NCBI GenBank assembly: GCA_002633005.1
Contig: NMRA01000236.1
Span: 247,679-311,678 of the forward strand
Length of the DNA: 64,000 bases
Direction of reading: 5' to 3'
Origin: Phoronis australis
Taxonomy: Eukaryota; Animalia; Phoronida
Under the pieces are notes generated by a model. It did not search any database, was not told the DNA's origin, and worked only from the letters and a program-made list of their open reading frames with translations. Positions 60,780 through 64,000 of the stretch are shown piece by piece. The position numbers and the translations under genes are program-made. The stretch's first letter is position 1, and every line of letters begins with the position of its first letter.

Positions 60780-61440
60780 TGTCATTTGAATTGTGAGAAC
60801 ATTGTAGGACACATTTTTGAGCTGTCCGAACATCAATTTCCTTGAGACTTATTTCAGATAGACAAAAAGCGTTTCGTGTACTTTTATATTTGGGGATCTG
60901 ATGATAGATCGAATTTTCCCAATGTCGGCCTGCAATTAAATTCATTGAAGTATTGTCATTTCTTACAAGATTAGCTTCGAATTGTCAAAAAAATCAACTC
61001 TCAATCAGTCCACTTTCGTAGATACTTAAACATGTAAATCAAAAACCAACAATCAAATCCACGAGCAATGCGTTTACCTTAATTTAATGACTTAATTCCT
61101 TTTTAATCCCCTGTTAGTGGCTTTAAACAACAAATCTTGTACCGAAGTCAAAAAGCAATGCATTTATCGTTATTTGAATTGTGAGTAAATTTTTTTGGGA
61201 AGTGTCCATTAAAGTTTCATCAATGTTTTTGAGAGTTATTTTAGATAGGCAAAAAGCGTTCAAGTGCACTTTACTATTTGGGGATCGGATAATGTTTTTT
61301 TCCGCATTCAGGCTTCAACTAAATTCCCTGAATCGTCATCATTCCTTAAAAGATTATCTTCCAACTGCCAAAAATCATCTATTAACCTGTCGGTTTTAAA
61401 TCAGAAACCAACAAATTTGTTGATCAAAAAGGAATGTTAT
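60780..61440. repeat. Degenerate tandem duplication with ~390-bp spacing
   Basis: ttgagacttatttcagatagacaaaaagcgtt...atttggggatc (60842-60898) recurs at 61229-61287. Confidence 0.6.
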
Positions 61441-64000
61441 AAGTAATTTCCGCATGCATGCTCGCAGATTTTTGACGGATAACCGGGGTAACATAGTGAG
61501 GTGTATTTTTGCTCTTTCCGAGGTATCTATAACGGTTCACGAATTTAACTTGACCTCAAAATAAACTTTGAAATATTTGTTTAATTTGTTTATTATTGCG
61601 AGTATTTGAGCACACTCGTTCAACATGTACACGGTCACCCCAATGGTAGCCTCGACAGCAGTGTTTTCCACATGTGGGAATTCCTTGCAAACAACTCACA
61701 GAAACCATCTTCAAAAGAGATACTATTCTTGTGTTCTTGTGATAATATGTGAAATAGTAACATTATTTTATAAGTAACCATCGGAAATAGTCCTTTTGTG
61801 TAATTAGAAAACAGCGGTGTTCACGTTCTTTAAAACTCCCTTTCGATGACGGTTCAATTTTTTTTACATTTTTTGGTTGTTTGGGTCGAATGTCTTGATA
61901 CTGCTGTGCTGTTCACGAATATAGTGTATTTTTGATGAATCTGGAATCACAACTTCCCTGGTGAATATTTGGCAGAGTCGGATTTACATGTAAAGAAGGG
62001 CAAAGGGACATTTCTCCGAACTGCTCCACCGAGAGAGGGTCCCGTCTGAAATGGGACACCTTAATTATAAAAAGCTAAACATCATTAAGCTTCGAAAAGA
62101 GTGACAATCCATTCCACCGTCGTGTTGTCAGACGACGGTGCAGGAAGAGACCTTCTTCAATATGAAAGTTGGTTGCACAATTTCACAAAAAACAGGAAAA
62201 TAGATGTAATCGAGTCCAACATTGGGTCGTCCCTCCGTGAGCGTACCCTTAAGAATTTGTGAATAGAAATAGAGAAACTGTGATCACTTGAATGTAATCA
62301 ATGGCTTCCTTCAGAAGTGGGGCGTCTCTACGCGAAAATATATATATATTTTCATGAAATGTGCAACAATTGATGACATCTGTCAGGTCATTTTTTCTCA
62401 AGTGATATACAATTCGAGAAAAAGCGACAGTTGTCTCCGTTATCTCTTGCCAGAGAGGGGTCTCTGGAAAAATATGGTTTTGCAGTCGCAAAATAAGACT
62501 TACTGAATTTAAAAATCCAGTAAATTAATACGCTCCGCTAAAGATTCGCCTTACAAATTTTGTCGATTTTTCGAAATATATGCATGAATCATTACGTGCA
62601 CGTTTCCAAGTGCATTTAGACAGTGCATTTAGACGATCTGCGTTGCGAAAGCGGAGACCCCAACAACAATGTGCTGGCCAGGGTCCTGAAAAGCTAAACC
62701 ATGCACCGATACATAGTTATTAAATGTTATCTTGAGTTTTCTCTCTTATCCGCATTTAGCAGTCTTTCTTTTCTGTACTTTCCGCGCCCCACGCGTATAT
62801 CGGTTGCCACAGTTTAACCCTGACGCTTGAAAATTTTTTTTGGGAGTGTAGCGTTTAATCATGACATTTACTTTGTAACCGTGCGCGTTGAGTAAAAGCA
62901 GAAAGATAATTGTTTAAGAACCCATTCAGCGCGTTGAATAACAAATTCAGCGGGTTGATTTAGTAGTGTGTGTTGACTAAAGGAAAAGTGGGCATTGAAG
63001 AAACACATTTCAAAGCGTAGAAAGGTGCTTGTTTAAAGCCTAACTTCAACGGAATTTTATTTTAGACGTATGGGGCTAACCAGTTACTCTTAGCAAAGCC
63101 TCAGCAAAATAAGAAAACGCGAGTTTAATCACGCAAATGTAGGCCCGTCAAATTTTCGCGCCATATTGTGTCACCGCGAGATCCCTGCACAAACAACAAA
63201 AGGCCGATAGCAGTTGTATTGAATAGGGGTCTGAATAGAACACCGTTGCGTGCGGGTATTATTCGCAGCTGTTTAAATTAAAAGGTGATTCTCGCGGTGA
63301 CGTAGATAAAAGCAAACCATTACACCAAACAGTTCGTTACATTTGACAATTTATGGAACTAGTGGGCTCAGAGCAATGCTCTTAATGTACTGTAGGATCC
63401 AAATTTACAAGAAAATACGCGTTACCGTTCGAGATAAGCTTTAAGAACCCTTTGGCGCTTCAAACGGTAGAGTTTTGCAGGCGCACTTAAATTGATTCGC
63501 TTGGCGATATCTCGCGAAGTATTGCGTGTTCTTGCGAGATTTTCGCCTCCAGAGAACGCAGTAGACCTGCTACAAACTCTACACGAAACAGCCAGTTACG
63601 AGGTGTTGTTGTAATGGGAAATTGGGGCCGCAGTTGGGGTACAGTTGTGTTCCCCATATCATGATCTAACCTGATAACGAAATCCAAGTCTTCTCATTCA
63701 TACTCTTGTCGTGCTGGTGATTTAAGACGGCTAGTGGCTGTTGTTGCCGGCTTCGTAGTTCGTAGACGTCCTCAGTTTCATCAACGCAGGCCTAAATGCA
63801 CTCAGCTAACGGATGCTGTAACGTTTTACTATTATAATTTTCTCTTCTCAGACTAAAGTCGGTCAAACCAACTAATCAGTCGGACAAGTGATGGCTTACT
63901 GATACATCAACTGGCAATGACTGTGAGACACTGGCGACTATTATTGGTCCTCCAAAAGTGAATCTGGGAGAGTTGAGTGTAATAATTACCGGGACAATTG

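Overview
This is repeat-rich metazoan (probably marine invertebrate) genomic DNA, not prokaryotic. Two intron-containing host genes can be reconstructed. (i) The 5' half of a divergent ornithine-decarboxylase-family gene lies on the - strand: 5 coding exons at 8101->1377, PLP-lysine motif FYAVKCN intact, continuing beyond the left edge. (ii) A small four-transmembrane MS4A/CD20-like gene lies on the + strand (exons 45035-51269). The rest is a nested transposon landscape. It includes an apparently intact RTEX-like LINE whose ORF1 and ORF2 are in one frame separated by a single TAG, with no ATG before the endonuclease catalytic motifs. It also includes a decayed full-length Tx1/L1 LINE carrying a Penelope-like element with two minimal hammerhead ribozymes and a tRNA-like segment. 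Other elements are three solo LTRs with 5-bp TSDs (one about 150 bp upstream of the ODC start codon), two internally deleted Kolobok-like elements, two THAP-bearing ISL2EU-like remnants, a 4-kb P-like insertion, a Helentron-associated (HINE) element, a hAT BED-finger remnant, tRNA-derived SINEs, MITEs and long palindromes. All calls were made by eye and no database searches were run.
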